Notes under the pieces: generated by a model | Databases searched by the model: none | What the model saw: the letters and a program-made list of their open reading frames with translations, nothing else | Told to the model about the DNA's origin: nothing | Source of the DNA: Polyangiaceae bacterium | GTDB taxonomy: Bacteria; Myxococcota_A; Polyangia; Polyangiales; Polyangiaceae | Length of the DNA: 64,000 bases | Direction: 5' to 3' | NCBI GenBank assembly: GCA_035547195.1 | Contig: DASZVB010000009.1 | Location: 2,122-66,121, forward strand | Translations under genes and position numbers: made by a program | Shown here: one piece after another, positions 55,636 to 64,000 of the stretch | Layout of the letters: each line of letters opens with the position of its first letter | Numbering within the stretch: position 1 is the stretch's first letter

Positions 55636-57135
55636 TTATTGGCCGTACTGCAGCTCTCTGAAGTCCGACGGCCTCCAGCTGCCGTCGAACGCGGAGGGCT
55701 GCGGGCCGTAGATGCGAAGGTGCGCAAACCAGCCCTTTCCCGGGATCGTCTTGATCCATTGCCCTTCTTTGCCGACCGGCGCCGCCGGACCGAAGTAGAG
55801 CGATAGGCTGCTTCCGCGGAGCTTGTTCCGGAGCTCGAACAGCGACCGCAGGACGGCTTTGCCTTGCGACGTGCGCAGCTGGCTGCGCGTCTCGGCGTCG
55901 TACACGGTCACCGACCAGAACAACCGGGCCGGCAGCGGCTGCGGTAACGTCAGCTCGTACGTCTTCGCGCCGTCCAGGTAACCGGCGTTCTCGTCGCGAA
56001 CCCCGAGCCAAGAGACCTGCGCCGCGCGCGTCGTCCTGCGGAACATCACCGGAGACGCGCCGACCGCCTGATAAAACCACTTCTCTCGCGCTTCGAGGTC
56101 GGTCGACGTCAGCGTGTCGAAGTCGCCGTCCTCGAAGCGAAGCGAAACCCACTCCCACCGGCGATCCGACCACACGATGCGGTCCGCCCTTCGATCGCTC
56201 AACGATTGCACGCGCATGCGCGCATTCGCGCTGCGCGCGGCGCGCTCGAGAATGGGCCGCAGGCGCGCGTCGGGCGAAAACGGCCTGCCCTTCTGGATTC
56301 CGAGCGCGGCGAGCTCGCCGTAGTGAGTTCGGTAGCCGTCGTACGGCGGCTCCGCGTCGACGACTTCGTGCAGCTCTCGCCAATACTGAAGGCCGTTTTC
56401 CCACGCGAGCGGCGTCGTGTCGTGCGGCAAAGGCGTCAGATCGAGCCAGGTGGGCTTCGTGAACGTGGCGGGTGGCTCGAGCGGACGCACGCGAATGCTC
56501 CGCAGGCGCTCGACCGCGCCCGGTACGTCGCCCCCGAGGGGGATCGAGCGAGCGCAGACGAACACTCGATTGGACGTGGAGGTCCACACGTAGAGACCCG
56601 GTGGGAGCTTCTGATCGTAGCCGGGCGGCACGAACACGTGCTTCGCACCGTGACCCTCTTCCGGACCGTTGAGACCCATGTCCGCCACCCAGCGCTGGTT
56701 GACGTCGCTCGCGGCGATCATCAACGGACCCGGCGGCACGTCGACGACCATGGGCCCGTGCTTCAAGTCCAACAGCAGCGGCGCACACGGCGTATCCGAA
56801 CAGGCGCCGAAGCCGACGTGCCGCGGATGGACGTCGAGCGTTCCGAACACCTTGTTCGGAACGAGCCCCACGTTCGTGAAGCCCTTGAACAGCGTCGCGC
56901 CGGAAACGGTGGGATAGAAGAAACGATACGCCTCGACGGCTCGCTCGAGATCCGTGGCGTCGTAAGCGCGCGCGGCGGTGTCGTCCGCGGGATAGCCCCG
57001 TTCGAACACGAGCTCGCGGACGACGGGCAACGGCTCGCGTTGCTCCGCGTCCGCCCTCGTCCACGTCTCGCGCTTGCCGAGCTCGCGGACCGTATCGAAG
57101 AGTCCTCGCATCCGAGACGGCTGCGTCCTCATCAT
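55636..57135 (-). CDS. DUF1254/DUF1214 two-domain protein
   Basis: ERAVEAYRFFYPTVS and NQRWVADMG are DUF1254-like blocks. LFWSVTVYD and WFAHLRIYGP are DUF1214-like blocks. The ATG at 57135 is preferred; the track start at 57162 is TTG. Confidence 0.8.
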   Translation of the reverse strand: MMRTQPSRMRGLFDTVRELGKRETWTRADAEQREPLPVVRELVFERGYPADDTAARAYDATDLERAVEAYRFFYPTVSGATLFKGFTNVGLVPNKVFGTLDVHPRHVGFGACSDTPCAPLLLDLKHGPMVVDVPPGPLMIAASDVNQRWVADMGLNGPEEGHGAKHVFVPPGYDQKLPPGLYVWTSTSNRVFVCARSIPLGGDVPGAVERLRSIRVRPLEPPATFTKPTWLDLTPLPHDTTPLAWENGLQYWRELHEVVDAEPPYDGYRTHYGELAALGIQKGRPFSPDARLRPILERAARSANARMRVQSLSDRRADRIVWSDRRWEWVSLRFEDGDFDTLTSTDLEAREKWFYQAVGASPVMFRRTTRAAQVSWLGVRDENAGYLDGAKTYELTLPQPLPARLFWSVTVYDAETRSQLRTSQGKAVLRSLFELRNKLRGSSLSLYFGPAAPVGKEGQWIKTIPGKGWFAHLRIYGPQPSAFDGSWRPSDFRELQYGQ

Positions 57136-57278
57136 CGACGTGAAACCTCCGCTCCGCCTCAAGCAAGTCGCGCGCCGGCCCGAGGAGTCCGCCCCGGAGG
57201 TAGGAGCGCTCGACTACGCGGGCGAGGCAGTGAGATTTTTGGTCGTCACGTGCGTTTTTCCGCACTCGGAACGATGCA

Positions 57279-57578
57279 TCAGCGATGTAGAACGCGCCGC
57301 AGCCACATTTCGGCCGCGTCGAGACGCCGCGCGAGCCGCGCCGATTGCGCGGCGAGCAGGGCCGCCGTCAGAGCAAAGAACACGACGGCGGGCCCCGGAA
57401 TGAACGCGAGCACGACACCGACGACGAACGAAGCGGCGGCCACGGCGATGTAGAGCGCGCGCACCCAGGGCGGCGATTTGCCTCCCTGCTCGTCATGAAA
57501 GCGCTGGAAGCGAGTCCCGGGTTCTGCGCGACGGAACTCGTCCCAGCGCTCCCGGATTTTTCGAGAGCCGGAATTCAC
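57279..57578 (-). CDS. Small two-TM membrane protein, PGPGW-like
   Basis: 99 aa, GTG start. Two adjacent hydrophobic helices surround AFIPGPAVVFF, flanked by basic regions. Confidence 0.55.
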   Translation of the reverse strand: MNSGSRKIRERWDEFRRAEPGTRFQRFHDEQGGKSPPWVRALYIAVAAASFVVGVVLAFIPGPAVVFFALTAALLAAQSARLARRLDAAEMWLRRVLHR

Positions 57579-57608
57579 GCGGGCGACGATCGTGCAACCG
57601 GTGTGCCT

Positions 57609-60521
57609 CTATCGTCCGCTTGCTCGGACGACGCCTTCCGGCGGCGCGCTCGTGAGCTCCGGCCAGATGCGCAAGTGATCGACGGCGATGAATCCGTGCG
57701 TGTCCGTGTCGGAAAGGACCAGGCGAGCGGTCTTGCCGCGGACCGAATGCAGATCCCAGAGCACGGGGAAGAAGAAATAGTGTGAACGCGGACCGGTGGC
57801 GTGGAGAGCGGCTTTCCCGTCCACGACGAGGTCGACGTTGAGCTTGGCGCTCCCGTCGCCCGCCACGAGAAAGCTGAGCATGCGACCATTCACCACGAAC
57901 GGGGGCGACGCCGCTCGCCCGGTCGCGGCGCGCCCGCCGTTGTCCGAAGAAAAATAACCTTCGCCGTCGACGCCCCAGATCTTCGTGCTCTTCACGGCGT
58001 CGAACGCGACGCCCTCTCGCTCCCATCCGAGCGGTTCGCCTTCGAAATCCGACGCGACGCCCGGTATCGGAATGGCGCGAGCGGCGCTCGGCTCCGTATC
58101 GGATGAAGGGCGGCCCTGAACCAGCCGACGCGCGTGCGAGAGCTCGCGCGTCCACTCCGCGTCCGGCGTCTCCGCTCGGCTCGACGGCAGTCGATCCGCG
58201 AAGTATCGCGCTTTGTCCCAGAGCCCGACGCCGGCGTAGAAGTACGTGAGGTCGAGCTGCACGAGCGGGTCTTTCGACGCGTAGAAGGCGCCGAGCAACG
58301 CGCGCTCTTCGAGAAAGGGGGCACGCCGGCCGATGGGGCGCAGCGCGGCGATGCGCCGGTAGACGAGACGAACCAGATCCGGATCTGCCTGGACGGCCCA
58401 GACGAGCGCCAGGTACGCGTCCGACGCGGCGCCGCTCTTCTCCGCGCGATCCGCGACGTCGACGAGCTTTCGGCCCAAGGCCGGATCCGACAAGGTGTGA
58501 TCGCCGCGCTCGCGCCGCTCGCCGACGAGCTCCCGCAGCCGCGCGCCGAGCGAAAGCAGCCCGGCGTCGTTCGTTCCGGGAAGGTTGTTCGGAAACGGCA
58601 ACGGCGGAGGCTCCGTGCCGACGGCGTCCACGGGCACGCGACCCAGCGGAACGACGGTCGTCTTCGTCGCGTTTTCGACGGAGACGTCGACGGAGGGCGT
58701 GCCGTGCGTCCCGGGCGGCAGCGGCAAGCGCAGGACGAGCGGCTCGCCGGAGAAGAAACGGACGCCGAGCTCCGGCTGCTCGCCGAACAGCTTCACCGCC
58801 GCGCCCGGAGCGCCGTCGGCGCGCGCCCGAAGGACCGCCGCGTCCGACGACGGCGCGCGCTGGCCGAGCGCGACGACGACGGACGCCGCGCCGCCCGACG
58901 AGCGAAACACGCCCGCGCCGACCAGGATGAATCGGTCGTCAACGTCGCGAAATACGAAGCGATCCACGGCCGGGAAGTAGTCCACGAACGCGGCGCGAGC
59001 GAGACGCGTGCGCGCAATCAAGCGCCCGTCGCCGCGCTCGGGAATGTTCACGTCGATGTAGGCGAGCTGCGACTCGGGCATCGACGGGAACGCGAGCCAG
59101 AAATTCTCCGGAAAGTACAGGAACGTCGGATAGGAGTCCTGCTCGTGGAAGAAGTACTGCGCGCGCTGGAAGTCGAAGCGCGACAAGTTCCGCGTCTTCT
59201 GCTGGAAGCGAAGGTACGCGAGCGGCTGGTCGCACAATCCGAGCATGTCGAGGGGCGTGAAGCTCGGCGATGACGCGAAGGACGGGCCGCCGAAATCGTG
59301 CGTGAGCATGCTCGCCCAGCGCAGGTGCAGCCGGTCGCGATACTTGATGTGGTTCTGCGCGTCCTCGGTTCTGCTGCAGAAGTGACACCAGCGCAGGAAT
59401 CGCGTCGTCCCGAACCGCGGCGCGTTGGACGAATAGGTCGTCCACGAGCACGCGAGCGACGCGGCTCCGACGAACCACGGCGCGAGGCTGCCCCAAAGAA
59501 ATATTCGAGCCGCCCACCCGGCGACGCGCGCGACGCCGACCGCCGCCAGCGTGAAGAGCGGTGGAATCGCGAACCCCATGAAACGGTAGTGAGGCATCCA
59601 GTCGCCGCCGCTGAACAGCGCGAACCACGCCGCCGCGAACACGCACCCGAGCGCCGGCAATGTCCGGCGCAGACCGGCGGTGCACGCGACGAGGGCGAAC
59701 GGCGCCGCGGGCCAGAGCCGCAGCTCGAGGACGGCGGCCTTGACGTATTCCTTGCCTGTCTTCCAAGGATCGACGCCCGGCGCCTTCGCGTAATACGTGT
59801 TCGGAACGAAGCTCCGGAATATGGCGTAGTGGATGGCGTGATACACGCCGAGTACGACGGCGAAAGCCGCGACGAACACGATGAGCTGCCGCCGCGACTC
59901 CTTCGTCCGTATCGCGTCGACGAGCTTCGCGGCGAGGACCACCGCGACGTAAAGAACGCCTTCGGGACGCGTGACCGAGATCGCCGCGGCGGCGACGACG
60001 GAAAGCGGCGCGAGCGCAGGTCGCTCCGCTTCACGGACATCGAGCCACAAGAGCGCCATCATCAGCATCCAATACAGGGCGTTTTCGAGCCCGCTCGGCG
60101 CCCACACGACGAACTCCGGACAGAGCGCCATGAAGACGGCCGGCAGCGCCTCCGGCCAATCGATGCCTCGCCCTCGCGGTCGCGTCAGCCGCCGCACGAA
60201 CGCGCCGGCGATGACGCACGCCGCGACGAAGCACGCCGCGCCGATCACCTTGGCGATGCTCGGCGTGTCGAACCCGAGCTTCGTGGCGACGGCCAGCACC
60301 ATCACCCAGAGAAAATCGGAATACCCCTCGACGATCGGCCCGCCGACCACGGCGCGCGGTCCCTGACCCGACGCGATGTGTTTCGCGTACGCGTAGACGA
60401 TCCCGGAGTCGTCGACGGTGAACGGCCAGACGCGGGAAAGGCCGAACCAGATGCCGTACGCCGCGAGCCCAATCACCGCCGCCGAACGAAGCAGCTCTCG
60501 GCTTCGGCCCGAGACGTTCAT
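57609..60521 (-). CDS. Polytopic GT-C-like (ArnT/PMT-like) membrane protein with large periplasmic TPR-like and jelly-roll (LamG-like) C-terminal region
   Basis: 970 aa, ATG start. About 11-12 TM helices lie in the first ~420 aa, with an acidic first-loop motif WPFTVDDSG. The C-terminal ~130 aa (TGRAASPPFVVNGRMLSFLVAGDG...LVVDGKAAL...WDLHSVRGKTARLVLSDTDTHGFIAVDHLRI) resemble the lectin-like beta-sandwich modules found on glycan-active enzymes. Confidence 0.75.
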   Translation of the reverse strand: MNVSGRSRELLRSAAVIGLAAYGIWFGLSRVWPFTVDDSGIVYAYAKHIASGQGPRAVVGGPIVEGYSDFLWVMVLAVATKLGFDTPSIAKVIGAACFVAACVIAGAFVRRLTRPRGRGIDWPEALPAVFMALCPEFVVWAPSGLENALYWMLMMALLWLDVREAERPALAPLSVVAAAAISVTRPEGVLYVAVVLAAKLVDAIRTKESRRQLIVFVAAFAVVLGVYHAIHYAIFRSFVPNTYYAKAPGVDPWKTGKEYVKAAVLELRLWPAAPFALVACTAGLRRTLPALGCVFAAAWFALFSGGDWMPHYRFMGFAIPPLFTLAAVGVARVAGWAARIFLWGSLAPWFVGAASLACSWTTYSSNAPRFGTTRFLRWCHFCSRTEDAQNHIKYRDRLHLRWASMLTHDFGGPSFASSPSFTPLDMLGLCDQPLAYLRFQQKTRNLSRFDFQRAQYFFHEQDSYPTFLYFPENFWLAFPSMPESQLAYIDVNIPERGDGRLIARTRLARAAFVDYFPAVDRFVFRDVDDRFILVGAGVFRSSGGAASVVVALGQRAPSSDAAVLRARADGAPGAAVKLFGEQPELGVRFFSGEPLVLRLPLPPGTHGTPSVDVSVENATKTTVVPLGRVPVDAVGTEPPPLPFPNNLPGTNDAGLLSLGARLRELVGERRERGDHTLSDPALGRKLVDVADRAEKSGAASDAYLALVWAVQADPDLVRLVYRRIAALRPIGRRAPFLEERALLGAFYASKDPLVQLDLTYFYAGVGLWDKARYFADRLPSSRAETPDAEWTRELSHARRLVQGRPSSDTEPSAARAIPIPGVASDFEGEPLGWEREGVAFDAVKSTKIWGVDGEGYFSSDNGGRAATGRAASPPFVVNGRMLSFLVAGDGSAKLNVDLVVDGKAALHATGPRSHYFFFPVLWDLHSVRGKTARLVLSDTDTHGFIAVDHLRIWPELTSAPPEGVVRASGR

Positions 60522-61216
60522 GAGAGCTTGCCAGGTAACACATGACGCGGCAAAGGCTCGCTTTTCTTTCGACAGCGTCAGGGTTTACGGTGACAATGTA
60601 CCGGCTGGTCTCCGTCGGGGACGACCGTGAGCACGACGCGCGCGAAATCCGCCGTGCGTCGGGCGGCAGAGTCGTGACGCTCCTTGCGGCGACGCGCTCG
60701 ACTCGACGCCGCGCTCGATCGCCAGGTCCGAAGATCTGACAATCTCAGTTGCCATATCTGTGTGTGATCTGCACGCGCACGAAGTCGACTTCAGACGTGA
60801 ACGCGGCGTCGTTCGAGAGCGCGCAGCGCACGTCGAATGTGGAGCCATGTGCCTGTTCCGGGTGTCGCCGGAAGGCCATGGCCGAGTCGTTCGGAGGCAG
60901 CGAACGACGCTCGAAAACGGCGACAATTCAGCGACAATGCACGCCGGAGAGCCCGCGCGCCTGCGCACGCTTCGTACTGATCGCAAGAGCGCCTACTCTT
61001 TCGCGCTCTCGGTCCGATCATTTCCAGTTAACGAGGCGCCAACCCTGCACGCTTTCACTGAAGGCGGCAATCGCGACAACGCAGTTCCTACAGCCAATCA
61101 GCTATTTTTTCCTGTGTATCGAAGAACTATCTTTTGACGAATTGCCCTCCTCTTTCCCCTTCCGATGCGTCATTTGATTGGGGCAGGTCTGTGGGACGAA
61201 CAGGTTGGAGAGAAAG

Positions 61217-62542
61217 ATGCTTTCGAACATGAGAATGTGGGCCAACACGGAAAGTGCGCGATCGAAGTTCACGTTACTCGGGAGCCTGTCTGTGTGCGGG
61301 GGCGTGGTGCTGTCACTCGCAGTCGGATGCGGCTCGTCCTCGTCATCGCCGCCTCCTGGCAAGGCCAACGCCGTGTCGACGACGTGCGGCAACGGAACCG
61401 TCGACTCCGGTGAGGACTGCGACGGCGCGAACTTGAATGGACAGACCTGCGACTCGGCCACGCTGGGCGCGTTCACGACGGGTACGCTCAAGTGCTCCCC
61501 GACGTGTCAGTTCGACATGAGCGGGTGCATGCAAGCGCCCGGCGGGTCGCCGACCTCGACGCCCACGTCCACGCCGACCTCGACGCCCACCAGCACACCG
61601 GGAGGCGCCGGCAGCACCGGTACGATCGACATGGGCACCGGTGGCGGACCCGGCGGCGGCTCGGGCGGCGACACCGGCACGATCATGCCCATCACCGGCG
61701 GCAGCGGCGGCTCGACGGGCACAGCCCCTCCCGGTGGCACCTCCACCGGTGGCGCAGCCCCGGGCGGTACGGCAGCGCCTCCAGGCAATATGGATCCGCA
61801 GATCCCGGCGGATCCCGGCGATTGCCCCACCTGGACGAACGGCACGATCACGTATGAAGGCCTGGGCGGCATCCAGATCGCCGCCGGTACGAAGCCGGCG
61901 AGCGCGACTGCGCCGATGCTCGTCTACTGGCACGGCACCGGCTCGACGTCGGGCGAGTACGCGTTCATGGCGGCGCCGGTCGCGAACGGCGTCACCGCCG
62001 CAGGTGGTGTCATCGTGTCGTTCCAGAACACGACGGGCGGCGACCTGTACTCGGGCACGAGCATCTTCGGTCAGGGCGACCTGAAGCTCGTCGACGGTCT
62101 CGTCGCGTGCGCCGTGAAGGATCACAACATCGACCCGCGCAAGATCTACGCGATGGGTTGCAGCGCCGGCGGCCTCTTCTCCACGGCGATGGGCGCCCTG
62201 CGCTCGGCGTACGTCGCGGCAGTGTCGCCGAACTCCGGCGGCGTCACCGTGGCGCCCGCGTTCGAGAACGCGCACGTCCCGGCGCTCATGACGGTGCACG
62301 GCGCGATGGGCTCCGACGTCGTCGTCGTCGACTTCTCGCAAACGAGCGCTACGGCCGACATGCTCTTCAAGAGCAAGGGCGGCTTCGTCATCGACTGCAA
62401 CACCGGCGGCGGTCACTGCGGCGGCTCCGGCCTCGCGGGCGACGCGTGGACGTTCCTCCAGGCTCACACCTTCGGCGTGAGCCCCGAGCCGTGGGCGAGC
62501 GGCCTCCCCTCGGGCTTCTCGAGCCAGTGCAAGATCCAGTAA
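61217..62542 (+). CDS. Secreted lipoprotein esterase (Cys-rich repeat + Pro/Thr/Gly linker + alpha/beta-hydrolase), copy 2
   Basis: The ATG at 61217 is preceded by GGAGAG (61206-61211); the track start at 61178 is TTG. SLAVGC is a lipobox. TTCGNGTVDSGEDCDG...C is the Cys-rich repeat. The linker is (TPTS)n plus a Gly-rich part. LVYWHGTGSTSGE and GCSAGG (62156-62170) mark the esterase domain. The last residues ...GFSSQCKIQ are identical to copy 1. Confidence 0.85.
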   Translation: MLSNMRMWANTESARSKFTLLGSLSVCGGVVLSLAVGCGSSSSSPPPGKANAVSTTCGNGTVDSGEDCDGANLNGQTCDSATLGAFTTGTLKCSPTCQFDMSGCMQAPGGSPTSTPTSTPTSTPTSTPGGAGSTGTIDMGTGGGPGGGSGGDTGTIMPITGGSGGSTGTAPPGGTSTGGAAPGGTAAPPGNMDPQIPADPGDCPTWTNGTITYEGLGGIQIAAGTKPASATAPMLVYWHGTGSTSGEYAFMAAPVANGVTAAGGVIVSFQNTTGGDLYSGTSIFGQGDLKLVDGLVACAVKDHNIDPRKIYAMGCSAGGLFSTAMGALRSAYVAAVSPNSGGVTVAPAFENAHVPALMTVHGAMGSDVVVVDFSQTSATADMLFKSKGGFVIDCNTGGGHCGGSGLAGDAWTFLQAHTFGVSPEPWASGLPSGFSSQCKIQ

Positions 62543-62627
62543 TGCGCTGCTAGCGGCCTCCTCGTAGCTGCGGAACCGACGCGCCCCGACGTTGCGGCGC
62601 GCCGGGACTGCAGCTACGCGGGCGGCC

Positions 62628-64000
62628 ATGAGCAGCGACGATTCCCCTGAGCCCGACGTCCGCCCCGACCTCGCGGAGCTCCGGGAGCGGCTAGCGGCGA
62701 CGACCGACGAAGGCCGCCCAGAAGCGGTCGCGAAGCGGCGCGCGACGGGGCAGCGAACGGCGCGCGAGAACATCGCCGACCTCGTCGACGCGGGGACGTT
62801 CATCGAGTACGGCGCGCTCGCGCTCGCCGCTCAGCGGCAGCGTCATTCCGTCGAGCATCTCGTGCGCGCGAGCCCCGCGGACGGCGTCGTGTGCGGCATC
62901 GGGACGGTCAACGGCAGGCTCTTCGACGAGCGCCGGGCGCGCGCCATGGTCCTCGCCTACGACTACACCGTGTTCGCCGGCACGCAGGGCATCATGGGCC
63001 ATCGCAAGCTGGACCGGATGTTCGCGATCGCCGGCGACGAGCGCATCCCCATCGTGCTCTTCGCCGAAGGCGCGGGCGGGCGCCCGAACGACGTCGACGT
63101 CCCCACCGTCGCCGGCCTCGACACGCCGAGCTTCCTCGGATTCGCGGCGCTCTCGGGCTCCATGCCGCGCGTCGCCATCGCCTCCGGGCGGTGCTTCGCC
63201 GGCAACGCCGCGTTGCTCGGCTCCGCCGACGTCGTCATCGCCACCGAAGACAGCTCCATCGGCATGGCCGGCCCCGCGATGATCGAGGGGGGCGGTCTCG
63301 GCGTGTTCAAGCCGGAAGAAATAGGACCCATCGACGTGCAAGCGAAGAACGGCGTCGTCGACGTTCGGGTGAAGGACGAGGCGGAAGCCGTCGAGGTCGC
63401 GAAGCGTTACCTCGCGTTCTTCCAGGGCAAGCTCGAGCATTTCACGTGCGCGGACCAGACTTCGCTCCGCACCGCGCTCCCGGAGCGGCGGCGCGCCGCA
63501 TACAAGATCCGCCCCATCGTCGACACCATCGCCGACACGGGGTCGGTGCTGGAGCTGCGGCGCGACTTCGGCCGCAGCGTCGTCACGGCGCTCGCGCGCA
63601 TCGAAGGCGAGCCCGTCGGCGTCCTCGCCAACGATTGCCATCACCTCGCCGGCGCCGTCGACTCCGACGCGGCGGACAAAGCGACGCGCTTCATGCAGCT
63701 GTGCGACGCCTTCGGGCTCCCGCTGATCTCGCTCTGCGACACGCCAGGGTTCATGGTGGGACCGAAGACGGAAGCGACGGCAGCGGTGCGCCACGTGTCG
63801 CGTATGTTCATCGCCGCGGCGAGCCTCTCCGTGCCCTACTTCACCGTCGTGCTCCGCCGCGGGTACGGTCTCGGAGCGCAGGCCATGTCCGGCGGCCACT
63901 TTCACGCGCCGTTCTTCACCGTTTCGTGGCCCGGCGGCGAGTTCGGCGGCATGAACCTCGAGGGCGCGGTCAAGCTCGCGATGAAGAAAGAGCTCGCCGC
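62628..64000 (+). CDS. Acyl-CoA carboxylase carboxyltransferase (beta-subunit family), 3-prime end outside the window
   Basis: Not in the ORF track (no stop in the window). My translation from the ATG at 62628 gives MSSDDSPEPDVRPDLAELRERLAAT...TARENIADLVDAGTFIEYGAL...GIGTVNGR...AYDYTVFAGTQG...GGRP...MAGPAMIEGGGLG...CDTPGFMVGP...VVLRRGYGLGAQAM. These are the typical carboxyl_trans blocks. Track ORF 62691..63905 (-) is its Arg-rich antisense. Confidence 0.85.
   Translation, partial: MSSDDSPEPDVRPDLAELRERLAATTDEGRPEAVAKRRATGQRTARENIADLVDAGTFIEYGALALAAQRQRHSVEHLVRASPADGVVCGIGTVNGRLFDERRARAMVLAYDYTVFAGTQGIMGHRKLDRMFAIAGDERIPIVLFAEGAGGRPNDVDVPTVAGLDTPSFLGFAALSGSMPRVAIASGRCFAGNAALLGSADVVIATEDSSIGMAGPAMIEGGGLGVFKPEEIGPIDVQAKNGVVDVRVKDEAEAVEVAKRYLAFFQGKLEHFTCADQTSLRTALPERRRAAYKIRPIVDTIADTGSVLELRRDFGRSVVTALARIEGEPVGVLANDCHHLAGAVDSDAADKATRFMQLCDAFGLPLISLCDTPGFMVGPKTEATAAVRHVSRMFIAAASLSVPYFTVVLRRGYGLGAQAMSGGHFHAPFFTVSWPGGEFGGMNLEGAVKLAMKKELA

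Overview
This is a very GC-rich bacterial chromosomal segment. Third codon positions are almost all G/C, so the ORF track is full of long Arg/Ala-rich antisense and off-frame ORFs, which I reject. The gene content looks like a Myxococcota (Polyangiales-like) genome, by inference only. Supporting features: many lipobox lipoproteins with Cys-rich modules and low-complexity linkers, eukaryote-like Ser/Thr kinases fused to STAND-type NTPases, many two-component proteins, an ECF sigma module and Uma2. I support about 46 protein genes, two of them truncated by the window edges and absent from the ORF track. The window also holds one in-frame 33-bp tandem repeat array, one gene remnant and a few hairpins or candidate regulatory sites. 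I found no rRNA, tRNA, CRISPR array, transposase or integrase. Many operons are marked by 4-nt start/stop overlaps (ATGA/GTGA). From left to right the window contains: (1) secreted ester hydrolases; (2) a PSGLP-repeat lipoprotein divergent from an ECF sigma / anti-sigma / beta-barrel / Kazal-like lipoprotein operon; (3) Uma2, a Ser/Thr kinase, a YkgJ-Nudix fusion and DUF3565 plus a methyltransferase; (4) a LytS/LytTR pair next to a beta-lactamase-fold lipoprotein; (5) an HTH protein / Cys-rich lipoprotein / YD-repeat lipoprotein operon with a frame anomaly; (6) a signalling island with three histidine kinases, a DUF3160-like lipoprotein, an omptin-like protease and a receiver; (7) a tandem pair of ~1350-aa kinase-NTPase-repeat-GAF-like proteins; (8) a sugar isomerase/kinase/ABC locus; (9) a lower-GC Fic islet; (10) a GT-C-like membrane giant; (11) a second copy of the esterase gene about 58 kb from the first. 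The tandem kinase-NTPase pair and the ECF/Kazal module are the candidates I would look at first for undescribed biology. All family assignments come from motifs read by eye and need HMM or structure confirmation.
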